64,000 bases of DNA from Malacoraja senta (taxonomy: Eukaryota), in assembly GCA_038087875.1 (NCBI GenBank), contig CM075986.1, positions 13,826,001 to 13,890,000 on the forward strand, in the 5' to 3' direction. A model generated the notes under the pieces. The model was not told the DNA's origin and did not search any database. It saw only the letters and a program-made list of their open reading frames with translations. Position 1 is the first letter of the stretch. Every line of letters begins with the position of its first letter. This document shows, one piece after another, positions 38,600 through 51,185 of this stretch. Position numbers and translations under genes: made by a program.

Positions 38600-39640
38600 T
38601 TGATTCCGGAATTCACCTCTGCTTGTGCCTCTGAAATGTCTTCCTCTTCTTGAATTGTCACTTCGCTCTGTTATAGTGGACAGAACCTATGACTGCATCT
38701 CGTCTTTCTCTGTACCTCTGCTCTCAACCCCTCTTTCAGTGCAGAGCAAGAAGCAAAGTTTTCTTGGTCCTCATTTTCTACCATACCAACTTCCATGTTC
38801 AATGGATCATCCTTTGCGAGATTTCACTACTATGTGCACATTCCCGTCCCATCCTCTTCCAGAACTTTGAAGGGATTGTGATTCCCTGGCCTGATCTATT
38901 TGCTACTTTGCATAATCTTTCATATGAACCATCCTCCTATCACCTCTTTTCCCACCGCCCTGGGACTCTTGCAGTCCTTCCAGGTAAAGCAGTGATTCAC
39001 TTCTACTTTTGGCAATCTAGTGTACTGCATTTAGTGTTCACAATGTGGTCTTTGCAATAAAAAAAAACAAACATGCATTGGGTGATCAGGTGTTGTTGAG
39101 CAGCTGAATTTAGTCCAACAGGAGTGACTTTTGCTTCTGGTTGCCTGGCACTTTCATTCTCCACCCCGCTCTGATCTTGTGCCTGTGCCCTCCTGCAGTG
39201 TTATGGTGAGGCCCGACGCACGCTTGAGGAACACCACCTCATCTTCTGTCTGTGCACGTTGCAATCTTCCAGATTCAATATTGAATTCTCCAACTTTAGG
39301 TAACTCGCTGTTTCTATCTGTATCAGAGTTGCAATTTCAGCCTGCCATCATTTTGGCTTATTTTTTCTAATTCAATAAATATAATCTGGCCTTCAGGGCA
39401 TGTCCCAAAGCCTTGCTATTAACAAACCATTGCACAGACAAGGCAGCATAATCTGATTTTGTAAGTGCTATATTAACTCATTTGGTTTTGTTCTATTAGA
39501 GTTATTTCCCCTTTCTCTGTCTTTGATACTGAAAACCAACTTGCTTTCACTCTTTCCCTGTTCTCAGACCGTCAATGTTAACTATATTTCTTTCGACAGG
39601 TGTTGACATCGTGAGGATTCCAGCATTTTCTGTTTTTGGT
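38600..39640 (+). mobile_element. Older, frameshifted Penelope-like element 3' part
   Basis: GAGGAACACCACCTCATCTTCTGTCTG (EEHHLIFCL) and ...ATTGAATTCTCCAACTTTAGG (IEFSNFR) around 39225-39300. Confidence 0.6.
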
Positions 39641-41077
39641 GTGGAAATATTAAAACAAGAAATATGGGGAAACAATTGGAACTGGGAGAGTTTAAGTTGA
39701 TAAAGCAGAGTCAACGCCAATTTGTTCGAGGCATATCCTGCATGACTAGCCTATGAGTTTTTTGAGAAGGTCAAGAATAGGTTGGTGAAGGGAATGCAGT
39801 GGATGTTATCAGCAGACTTTCAGAAGGCAGTCTCAAACATAAAAATAAAGTGTCAAACAAGTTGGTTAGCAAAATAGATGTATAGAAAAATTAAGCATCA
39901 TAGGATGAAAATTGCCTCAAGGCTAGAAAGCAGAATAGTGATAAATGTTATTTTATTTATGACAACAGGATAATAAGGAGGGTCTTTCCTAGGGGATCAG
40001 TGCTTAGATATGGATACAAGGAGAATGTCCTTGTCTGCAGATTACCCAAAGCTTGAACTATAAACACTGAATGGGCATGGTGTAGACTGCAGGAAGAGGT
40101 GCATAAATGATCAGATACATGGGCAATGAAATTAAATATTGAGATAGATTAAGTGATGCATATTGGCAGAATAGAGACAATGTAGGCCCAATGATATGGG
40201 TATAGGGAATGTATGGCAACAGGGCATGTTGAGAGAATGATTAGTACAGCACTTAGGATTCATTAATAGAACGATAGGATTAATGTATACAAATGTGTGG
40301 CTGGCAGTCGGTGTGCACTCAGTGGGCTAAGGGGCCCGTTTCCATGGCTCTATGATGTCTATGACTCTTTAACCTTTAATTTGTAGAAGCTGTGCATAGA
40401 CTAATCGGAGTCAAAAGTGCTTGGTAAATATTCTCTACAAAGGGCCTTTACCATATTGTTATACTTGGTTTGGCTGACCATCATCTCACCCTTGCTGTGA
40501 AATCTGTTGTTTGTTATTGAAGACCTCTAGTTACTTTCTAAAAGGGTGCAGGTGTTCATGTGTTTAGAACAGGATGAAATAGATAAAAAGTCGATCCAGA
40601 TGGGAAAATTATGGTTATAGGCTTGATTTGTGGGAAGAGATTAGAAGAGTAGCTGTAGGGAAAATTCTATACTACAGTGAGGTCATTGTGGACATGGATG
40701 CTTAGGATCATAGGAAATACACATCTGGAATGTTTTCTTTCCACTTGGTGTGTTTTTTTACTTTCACTGATGTTTCTCACCTGCCTTTCCCAACCTCATC
40801 CAATTGTCAAACATGGTTATCTTGACAGTCCTTGCTACCTTGAATGCATGACCCATTAGTATTTGATTTTTTTTTTCAGCTATTAAACTCAAGCCAAACA
40901 GTGAGGAGTACAGACAGTGCTGCTCCACTGTTAAAGTCACAGGGCCATCAATCGTTTTTTCAGTTGGAGCTATATTATTGCCCATTTAACGTCAGATTTT
41001 TTTTGCTTATTTTTTTACTGAAAACTAAAACATGGGAAATGTAATTATTCAGTTATTCTCTCTGACAATATTTCACC

Positions 41078-41978
41078 TTTTTAAGATCACCTAACTAAAT
41101 CAGAAAATATTGTTAGGTTTATTTTTTCTGACCCTGTACATCTTTTGAAATATCTCTTCATTGTTGAAAAAGGCCAGCCTTATAAAATTTTGGTTTTCTT
41201 TTCTTATAGGGATGAGGAAATTTGCTGTGAATTATGAGCATTATCTGTGCATGTCACAAAACTATTGTTGTCTATACATCCTGGTATTTATTTCACAAAC
41301 TATCAAGTGACAAAATAAAAAGATGTAAGAAAGACAAAATTGGGCAATGAAAATTACCTTTGATAAAACTTTATGTATTTATTCTCCACATTTGAATGTA
41401 CTTTGTAATCCTGGTGGTAAAATAATTGTGCAATATAGTTTGGCTGCTCACCCTTTTTGAGTGTATTTTATTGTCACGTACCGAGGTACAGTGAAAAGCT
41501 TTTTACATGCAAACCTCTTAAGAAAGATTATAATTTCTGGAACTTTGCTTATCAACTAAAACAAAACTATACGGTTAACTTGGAGTATCGGATAAAGTAC
41601 TGAGTTACACATGAAGTTGCTAGTCATGAGCCAAAATCACCTAATTAGTTTGGTGAAGAAGGCAAGAGTTATTGCAGTCACAGCTTCAGACTGTGATCTT
41701 ATTTTTCCGAAATAACTACCCGGATGATCTCCCATCTCACTGAATCTAAAGTCAAATTGGCTTGTGTTCGTCCGTATTATATGGTCAAACTACTTGTTGT
41801 GCATGTGTGAGGAAAATACTCTCTTTTATAACCCTGAACATGTCTTTTTATTTTTAAGATCACCTAACTAAATCAGAAAATATTGTTAGGTTTATTTTTT
41901 CTGACCCTGTACATCTTTTGAAATATCTCTTCATTGTTGAAAAAGGCCAGCCTTATAAAATTTTGGTTTTCTTTTCTT
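41078..41978. repeat. Perfect 128-bp direct repeat (41078-41205 and 41851-41978) around 645 bp
   Basis: The two copies are identical by eye. Confidence 0.92.
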
Positions 41979-43279
41979 TTAAATACCCAAAAGATTCAAT
42001 CTTGTTCTCTTGGCAGTTTGGTTTTCCCCTTAGAGAGGACTTCAACATATCTCCCCACCAATTCACTCCCTATTATTCCTTGGGCCTTGTGTTGCTTGAG
42101 TAAGCATTTTTCATGTGAGGCTCGATGGTGGTGTCGGGTAGCAGGAATGGGCCTGGTCTTTTCCTTGGCAATGCCAAAATATGTACACTTCCCACAGCAA
42201 ACTGGAATATTTAACCTTTTCTCTTCTCACACTAAATAGTGTGACCAGGTTTAATATCCCCTTTACTGCCTTGAGTGAGATCCAACACCGCAGTATGGAA
42301 ATTCAACATTGTGGGACTACAAACTGGCTGCCATATCTAGTTGAACTATTTTGACATTTTAATAAGATCCAAATCACTGGATCACCAAATCTAAATTAGC
42401 AAAAATTGTTTTTACTTTATGCAAATGCTAAAATGTATTGGCTGAGGTCAAAACTGGTTCACTCCAATGTTGTAATTGTGTAAATTGAGCTTTAAACACA
42501 CAATTGTGGTGTAAATATATATACATTACCCTCAATATTTATTTCACTCTCATGAAATATGGGTGTCACTGGCAGGGCGAACATAGATTATTTATACCCA
42601 TTTAGCCCCAAAATAAGAAAACTTTTAGATTCCCACCTGTATTATGAGGTCACATTGGATAAGGATGGCAGACTTCCCTCCCTGAACCAGATTAGTGAAC
42701 CAGATAATCTAGTCATATCATGGTTACAGTTACTGTATCCAGCTTTTTTTCTCTCCCAAATTCCAGCTTTATTTAATTATTAAATGTAGTTTTCCCAATT
42801 GCCGAGGTGGGATTTGAACGTGTGTTTTTAAATCCATGGTCCAGAGGGCTGATTGCTAGCTTAGTAACCTAACCACAATACTATTGTAACAAGGTGCTCG
42901 AGTTCTTGTGGTCACAGAGATAGAGACAAACTTCCTTTCACAACGAACGTACAAAGCAAAATAAGAAATATAAGTTCAATGGGTTTGGGAATGAATGGGG
43001 TTACTAGAAATAGCACAATCACATGGGCCCAGATGATTGAAGATGGTTAATGTTCTAATCCAGGCACTTAATTTTTGTGCTTTCATTCATTTATTTCTGC
43101 ACCAGTCCTGTTCATAAAAAAAAAAAGACAAATTAAGTGATAATCCTAACTGAAGTTGATGAACCTGTAAGCAATATTTCCCAGTAAGTAAATGTTTCAA
43201 AAGTTCCTAGTAGTAAAAATGTACATTGATACTGAGAAGAATTTGAATGGGTAATAAGGACCTCCCATTTTTTGTGCAG

Positions 43280-43420
43280 GATGCTGACACCTCAATAGCA
43301 ATAGACGAGAGCTTGCAGTTTAACACTTCTTTACACAATGCACACAAAGGAATGGATGATCTCCTGGGGAGCGGGTCCTCTATTCTCACTGGACTACGGG
43401 ATCAGCGGATGACTCTCAAG
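43280..43420 (+). CDS. GOSR2: GOSR2 coding exon 5 ([47 protein letters not shown]), first half of the Qb-SNARE motif
   Basis: TGCAG acceptor, GTGGGA donor, 141 nt; cumulative CDS 477 nt = 159 codons. Confidence 0.96.
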
Positions 43421-43820
43421 GTGGGACATTACAACGCATGTAGAATCTCTAAAAGGACATTGCTGTCTGTGATCCTTCTATTTTGATTTTCCCTTTGCCG
43501 ACTTCTAAAACTTCTAAAAAATGATTTCATAACTAATATCTCTTTTTATTGAATAAGATTGCTCACATGATTATGAGTCAGATAAATGGACTGGTTGTTT
43601 CTATCTTGTACTTTGATCCTCCTAGTACCCATTGGTGTTAATAATCCATAGCATCTAATTTTTTGGTGGCCTTCAGCTTCAAAACTTTGCTTTAAATCTC
43701 AATTTTATATCGGTGAATGTCAACAAAATAAAGTAGCTGTGAAATAATGCTAGAAAAGCCGTACTACAGTTGCCTCTGAAAAAATGTATAGAAACTTGTA
43801 AACAAGACACTTCACTGATG

Positions 43821-43940
43821 ACTCAGCGGGACAGGCAGCATCTCTGGAGAGAAGGAATGGGTGATGTTTCAAATCCTGCTGAGTTACTCCAGGATTTTGT
43901 GTCTACCTTTGATTTAAACCAGCATCTGCAGTTCTTCCCC
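43821..43940. mobile_element. Penelope-derived mini-element; 14-bp TSD ACACTTCACTGATG
   Basis: TSD at 43807-43820 and 43941-43954; inverted remnant arms. Confidence 0.85.
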
Positions 43941-44224
43941 ACACTTCACTGATGGCAATTTATTATTTTTTATCATCCATGCAAAATAGAATATAGCACG
44001 CTCTCTTATAAAACCCTCTGGTATTTAAGGAAGGCCCGCAACAATGTCACTGCATTCTAAAAATGATTAAACAAGCTCCAGATGAAGGGAACACTGTAGA
44101 AACTAGGATAAGAATAAAATCTGATTAATCATCTGACATGAGTCTAGGTATTGGATTTGATAAAGACTAGACCATCTGGGTCCTCACGAACACATGGATA
44201 CATGCAAACATTGTGAGGTGGTCA

Positions 44225-44540
44225 TAAGTGATAAGAGCAGAACTAGGTCAGTCTACTCTAAGTCTACTCTGCCATTCAATCATGGCTGATCTATCTCTCC
44301 CTCCTAACCCCATTCTCCTGCCTTCTCCCCATAACCCCTGATACCTGTACTAATTAAGAATCTATCTCTGCCATAAAAATATCAATTGATTGCCTCCGCA
44401 GACTTATGTGGCAAAGAATTCCACAGATTCAACACCCTCTCTGACTAAAGAAATTCCTCCTCATCTCCTTCCTAAAGGAATGCCCTTTAATTCTGAGACT
44501 ATGACGTCTAGTCCTTGACTCTCCCACTAATGGAAACATC
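44225..44540 (-). mobile_element. CR1 LINE 3' end
   Basis: Near-identical to 53335-53635. Confidence 0.85.
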
Positions 44541-47500
44541 AGTTGGGGGAGTGGGTCCTTAGCATTGTCCCCAGACCGTATGAAGCCTCATAGTGTCAAC
44601 TTAAATAGAAGTAAAGAACATCTTTTTAACCAATCTGTTTATTAGTCAGTACTCGTATCCTGTTGCGCATCACTTGGCAGCAAGAGCACAGAATCTGCTC
44701 TGATGAAATGGGGTGAGGTGGTGGGAATGGGGTTTCAGTGTCTTTCGCCAAGTATGCCTCAATTGCACAATGCCACATAGCTTGTCTGGATTGTGGCAGA
44801 TTATACCAGTGCAAGGACAATGTCCCACTTGTCCTTATCAATTCATCTGTTCATGATAGTGTTGGTATGAATGACCTCTGCATGTCAGTCTTCGCATTGA
44901 GGGCATCTTCCCTTGTGCTCTGTGCCCACTGTGATGGTAAATGGGGTAGATTTAGAACCAATCTAATATCTTCTTTGGGCCACCAGATGCAGTAGAATTT
45001 TATTCTAACACAATCCATGACTTCATGGGCCAAGAGAACCCCACTCTATCATCACTCAAGCCAGGGAATCATTTCTTGTTCAAACAATGTAGCACAGCAA
45101 GGGAATGCCAAGTAACTGGCTTGCCTTAGAATGAGATTCAAACTTGATTAACATGCTGTAGGTAGGCCTGAACATCCTGCCATGAGTGGTCTTCATCAAA
45201 GGTCCATGGTCTGTATCAGGAAGAGTGAACAGTTGAACAATTAGCAGGAGGAGGATTGTGACTGGACATTCCAATCCTACTCCATTTAATCATGGCTGAT
45301 CTATCTCTCCCTCCTAACCCCATTCTCCTGCCTTCTCCATGTATTCAAGAGAAAATTAGATATAGCTTTTAGGGCTAACAGAATCAATGGATTTGGGAAG
45401 AAAGCAGGAACAGGGTACTGATTTTGGACGATCAGACATGATCATATTGAGTTGCGGTGCTGGCTCGAAGGGCCAAATGGCCAAATAGCCTACTCCTACA
45501 CCTATTTTCTATGTTTCCCCACAACCTCTGATACCCATACTATTCAAGAACGGGTCTCTGATCTATCTCTGCTTTCTTCATTTCCCCCAAATCTCTGGCC
45601 TCAAGCAAAAGTGTGCATTTCTGAATACTCAATATTCTAAACAGTTCTATCAGATCTGATTATACTTTGATAAACACTACTTTGTTTCGCACTGTGGAAG
45701 AAGAAAATGGCAAACCTAATCTTACAGTGTTATATTATTTATACACACACACAGACACACACACACACAGGGAAAAATATTTTGTGGTCCACATAATTTT
45801 GTTCTCTATTTCCCTGGTGTTTTATTTGATGTTAATGTCCTTATTAGAGCACCATCCAATCTATCTTTGACTTATTTCCTCTCTGTAGTGCAGGAATTTC
45901 CATTGGTCTGGTCAGGGAAACCAAATACTTTCCCTTTAAAAGAACCATTGTCTCACAAATAGAAAGTGCTCCATAGCAACACACCCATAGTCAGGATTGA
46001 ACCCAGGTCCCTGGCGCTGTGAGGCTGCCACTATGCCGCCCCCACCAGTTTTTCTGCTGCAGTTTGCTATTTCTTTATCAGGACTAGAATATCAATCACA
46101 TATGTTACCCCAGCGTCAAGATCTTCCTCAAAGAAATATAAACCATCTCGGTAATTATTCTTTGTCCATGGGACAAGGGTCATTAGTAAGGGGAAAATTA
46201 AATCTGTCCTTGCCAATCTACCCATTAATGTTTGATGAAACCAGACTAAAAAGAGCACATGTTTAGCAATTAATTTAAAGACGAAAATGTGAGCAATCTG
46301 TAATTTTAATTGTTTAGTCCTCGCCCTATTTCCAACCTACAAATGTTTTCTATATTTGTGTTAATTGATGGACAGTGCAGTTGTCAAGTTTCTAAATTGC
46401 AAGTGGCCTGGTGTTGTTACCTGCAGAGTGTTCAGAGTCATGGAGTCATCCATAAGGAAACAAGCTCTTTGGTCCAACGCATCTGACCTATCACATTTTT
46501 CCTCCAGCGTCTCTGTCAGCTCTTCCTCAAGTCCCTGTATTTACAATTTACAGTGGCTGATTAACCTACCACCCAGTTCTTTGTTGACATATACGGGGAT
46601 ACTGCAAACTCAAATGCAAACTCAAGGGCTGGTAGAAGAGTGCTTCAGTTTGATCAAACTTGTGTTTGAGGCCAAGTAGCAGATCCCTGCCTTTTACCTG
46701 AGGGTAACTGCATGCCTTTGAGGGTAACTGCACATTTTGCCTTGTTTGTCTGAACAGTGCTGACTGGTTTTAACATTTGCTTTTTTGCAGCCTGTGAACT
46801 AGTTCATAATTTGCTGTAGTTTAAATTGAGCCCCCTCTCCTGTAATCTAGATGTTTCATTTTGCCATGCCTGGTATTGTTATCTTATGGGAAAGTGCGGA
46901 ATTGTAGGAATGGAAAAATTCCTTGGCCAGATGAAACATGAACTCGCCAGTAGATAAAATAGACAAAATAGGGAAGTTTCCTTATTAACAACACTCTGGG
47001 AGTAACTTAACTACGCATACTACAGGAGTTTAAGAAGATGTCTCATCAACACGTTCTTAATGACATTTACATGCATTCAATAAACGTCTTCCTCATGTCT
47101 CCCGCATCATGCAAATGTTTTTTTCGAAGTAGTGATATTTGTTATATTTAAATCCTTGATCGAATCGGTAACTCACCCAGTAAGTGTGCTCTATCTCCAT
47201 AACTATTTTTATGGCCATATAGATTTGTGTGTGAAAGTCAGCTGGGCACCTGCCCTATGCTCTTTGCGTGTTCTCTTTGTAGCAGAATGGTACAAGGTGC
47301 ACATGACTGGATCAGAATGGTTGCTTGCCTTCCTTTCTTCCTGTGTGAACTGTGCACAATCATTTTTGAATGCATGAGCAAAAGGAAGATAGCATCTCAG
47401 ATTTTCACTCTGGCCTGCAGATATCACATTCAGAATTAATAATTGGATTTCCATAGCTGAAAGGATAAGATCTACCTTGATAATTGAATGAAAACTGACT

Positions 47501-48494
47501 GCAATTTGGAGCTAATCTATTACTTGAGGCGTTTTTATATAGCTGTTAACTTTAATCGAAAAGTTCAAGCTTGATTGATGAGCCCTTGTACCTTTCAGTA
47601 CAAAATTTGTGTCTTACACTTTCTACTTTCCTAACAATTATCCTGTTTAATAATTAACTGTATACACTGACCTAATACTTGGCTTAATTTTAGAATACCT
47701 CATCTTTTAAAGATAAACATTTCACATGCCAAATAAAGCTAACAAAAGATATAGTTTACAATCAAATGTTGTGGACCTGTAGAAAAATGAAAATTGCTCA
47801 AATAGTTAGATGCAACCCGCTGATATTCATTTATCCTTTAGTCCTGTTACATACCGTTTATACGAACAATGGGACCTCGTGGGTCTTGTGCGTTAGAGAA
47901 AATGATTTTTTAAATTATTGTTTCTTTAATCAAATATAATTTAAATCGGGCATGCACAACTCTCATGAACTGAGCAATCGCCAGAAACCCAACTGGAAGT
48001 TAAAACTGACTGATATTCTTGTTTTATATATCATTTCCCTTGAAGAAATAGTTATTGATTAATTTTAATCAGTGCAACATTGACAGTTTTGGCATGTGAC
48101 CGTACTGCAGATTAAGATAGAGTAACTTTTATAGAATTAGATATAAATATAATTGTTTTTAAATGATCACATATAATTGAAATCAATTGTAAGCATACTC
48201 TCTGGGATGACAACGCTCATTCAATAGCAGTTTAAAATTCCCTTGAAGTTTTGCTGCTGAGAATAATTTTTGAGCAATCATTTTAAGTTTAAACAACGCG
48301 AGTGGAATTCATCTTGAATTTGAGATTTTAATAATTTGAAATAATGATTAAACAATCTCAAGACAATACACATTCTATGATTTAATCTCAATTGTTACTG
48401 ATAACCTGTTTTATAAAAATAAACTCAGACTCGTTTGTGAGAGCCTGGATTAAAATTTGCATTAATTAAAAACAAAATCTTCTTTTTGTTAAAA

Positions 48495-48870
48495 AAAAAA
48501 GACACAAAGTTCTGGAGTAACTCAGCGGGTCAGACGGCATCTTTGTAGAACATGGATGGGCACTGTTTTGGGCCTGGACTCTTCTTCAGACTGATTGGTT
48601 GGAGGGAGGGAGAGAGGAAGGGCAGGGCAAAGCCTGGCATGTAATAAGTCGATACAGAGGCTTTTGATGGGCAGGTGGATGGACAAAGGCCAGAGATGAA
48701 AATACATAAGACGTGACATCAATCGATTGAAGAGTTGCGAATTGTGCAGCTGGAGGAAGGAATGTAGGTGCAAGGGGAGAAGTAGCGTGTCCAGGTGGGG
48801 CACAGGGGAGAGGAGGGAGGGGGAAGAAGGAGGTGGGATTTGCAGTTGCCTAAAATTGGAGAATTCCTTT
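48495..48870 (-). mobile_element. Penelope-like 3' fragment
   Basis: Minus strand reads EFSNFRQ then the terminal repeat with a decayed hammerhead core. Confidence 0.7.
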
Positions 48871-50458
48871 TGATAAGCTTGGTAAACTTTGGTATTGTTC
48901 AATAATTGTTCAAAACCCCTTAACTTGAGTTCAAAACTCATCTGCTGGAATATATCAAGACTGTCCAATGTGACTCTACTGCATGATGTGCTGGGATATG
49001 TATGCACCTTGTTTCACTTTTCTTCTGAAGTGTTGCACCTTCCAGTTTCATATAGGTTCACAGCCTTAATGTGATTTACTTCCCCCTACACCTCTCACCA
49101 TCTGTTCATTTCATTCTTCCTCCTATGACTGATTCATGTGGGTGTGCAGTTGCATAGATGCTGGCACCTCTCCATTGCCTTACTAAAAAAAAATTGTACA
49201 TGAGCCAAGCTACATGGTGTGCTCCCCAGATACCACATGTTATGTAGTGGTCACAGTAATGTACCTGATCAGTATCTCCTGGCAGTAGTCATGCAGAATG
49301 TAGAATGATATTGCCATCCCTGCAGCTTTGATCAGTTAAAACTCTGCAGATCACTGGAACACAATCCCTTGATTATTATTGACAGTAATCCCAATCCCTG
49401 GCCACTGAACTAGATTGAATGTAACCTTGTTCTTGGACTCCCAAGCTAAGATCCTAAATCCTTCTCCTTTGCATTGTTTCTTTTATCTAGCTTCTCTGCT
49501 ATTGAAATGATCATCCATGCTAACTTTCTGAAGACTCTGCTGCCCTTTTTCTTTTGCAGGGTTACAATTTTTTCTATCTCTATGATATTATTCCCCAAAC
49601 TCTTGCAGCAATTTGAGATCTATGCTCTCTTCAGCCTGATTAATTCTGAAATAATAAGTGTTTTAATAATCTCAATGAATTTTACATTTAATTTATTGCA
49701 GAGGTCTTCCTGTGCGTCCAAGCTCTTTTTTAATTCAATGGACCCTGCCTCCTAGCTGCATGGTACTTTATCCACCTTGATATCCCTTCTATTGTCTTTT
49801 GGGGAATTGTTGGCTATTTTGACTTGTACATTATGAAGTTATGATATTCTGTTTTCTGTGGTCTAATCTTGGCATTGTTATGAAATGTGCTGATATTTTT
49901 ATTGTAGGATTTGAATGATGTTCACAAGACCAATATGTATTGTCTATCTCTAATTGCCCTTAGCTATATTTAAGAGGGAGTTAGATGTGGCCCTTGTGGC
50001 TAAAGGGATCAGGGGGTATGGAGAGAAGGCAGGTACAGGATACTGAGTTGGATGATCAGCCATGATCATATTGAATGGCGGTGCAGGCTCGAAGGGCCGA
50101 ATGGCCTACTCCTGCACCTATTTTCTATGTTTCTATGAATTCCTTAGCCCCTTTGATGAAGGTACGCTCACAATCTGAGTACGAGTTCCAGGATTTAGAT
50201 CCAACGAGTTAGGAGGAATGACAATAGATTTCTAAGTCAGAATGTTGTTGGAGGGAATCCTGTGAGTGGTGGTGTTCTGTGTGCTTGCTGCCCTTGTTGT
50301 TCTTGGTGGTAGAGAACAACACTTTTGGAGAGTAGTGCCACACAACATGATGAATGTTGTCTTCATTGCCAAGGTGCGACTTTAGAGAGTGGTCACACTT
50401 GCTAATTGTGGTCATTGATAGATGAATCTGTGACTGACAAGCTTCACTGGCTTTTTTT

Positions 50459-50719
50459 TTTTTTTTTTTTTAATTTAATCTTTTTATTTGAATTTCACGG
50501 CAATTTACATACATACAATAATAACAGACAGTAATAATCAAGGCATAATTGTACAACAGTATGTAAGCGATCCTCAAAACCCTTACCCATACCCACCTTC
50601 AACCCACCCAAGTCAGGTCGGAGCCAAACGGGGACAAACAACACTCACATACGTACACATCCACACACAAATGGTAAAATAGACGAAACAAAATGTGCTA
50701 TATAAAAATAAAAAATAAA

Positions 50720-50779
<60 letters not shown>

Positions 50780-50897
50780 CTAAATAAACAATTGTAGGGA
50801 GGGGGGGATTAAGGGGAAAGCAGCTGCTGTAGAACAAAACGATGATGGAGAACACTCAGTCCTCTTCCGAGTCCGGGGACAAGGTAAGAGAGTTAAC
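50459..50897 (-). mobile_element. 5'-truncated L1/Tx1-like retrotransposon 3' end with poly(A) and 17-bp TSD
   Basis: Poly(T) at 50452-50471; CTTCACTGGCTTTTTTT at 50442-50458 and 50898-50914; (TA)n inside. Confidence 0.75.
50728..50774. repeat. (TA)n microsatellite
   Basis: Seen directly. Confidence 0.95.
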
Positions 50898-50964
50898 CTT
50901 CACTGGCTTTTTTTAATACACACTGCAGATGCAGACTGTCAGATGGGGTTTTTCAAGACCTATG

Positions 50965-51185
50965 AGGCACAGTGGTGCAGTTAGTAGAGCTGCTCCCTCA
51001 CAGCACCAGTTAGTTGTGTTCAATCTTGACATTGGTGCTGTCTGTGTGGAGTTTGCAAGTCCTCCCTTTGACGACATGGGTTACCTTCAGGTGCCTTAGT
51101 TCCTCACAAATTTGATTAATGGTTAATGATCAGCATGGACACATTGGGCTGATGGGCCATTTTTTCCACATTACATCTCTCTCTA
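50965..51185 (+). mobile_element. V-SINE, internally deleted
   Basis: GGCACAGTGGTGCAGTTAGTAGAGCTGCT head, core and tail remnants. Confidence 0.65.
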
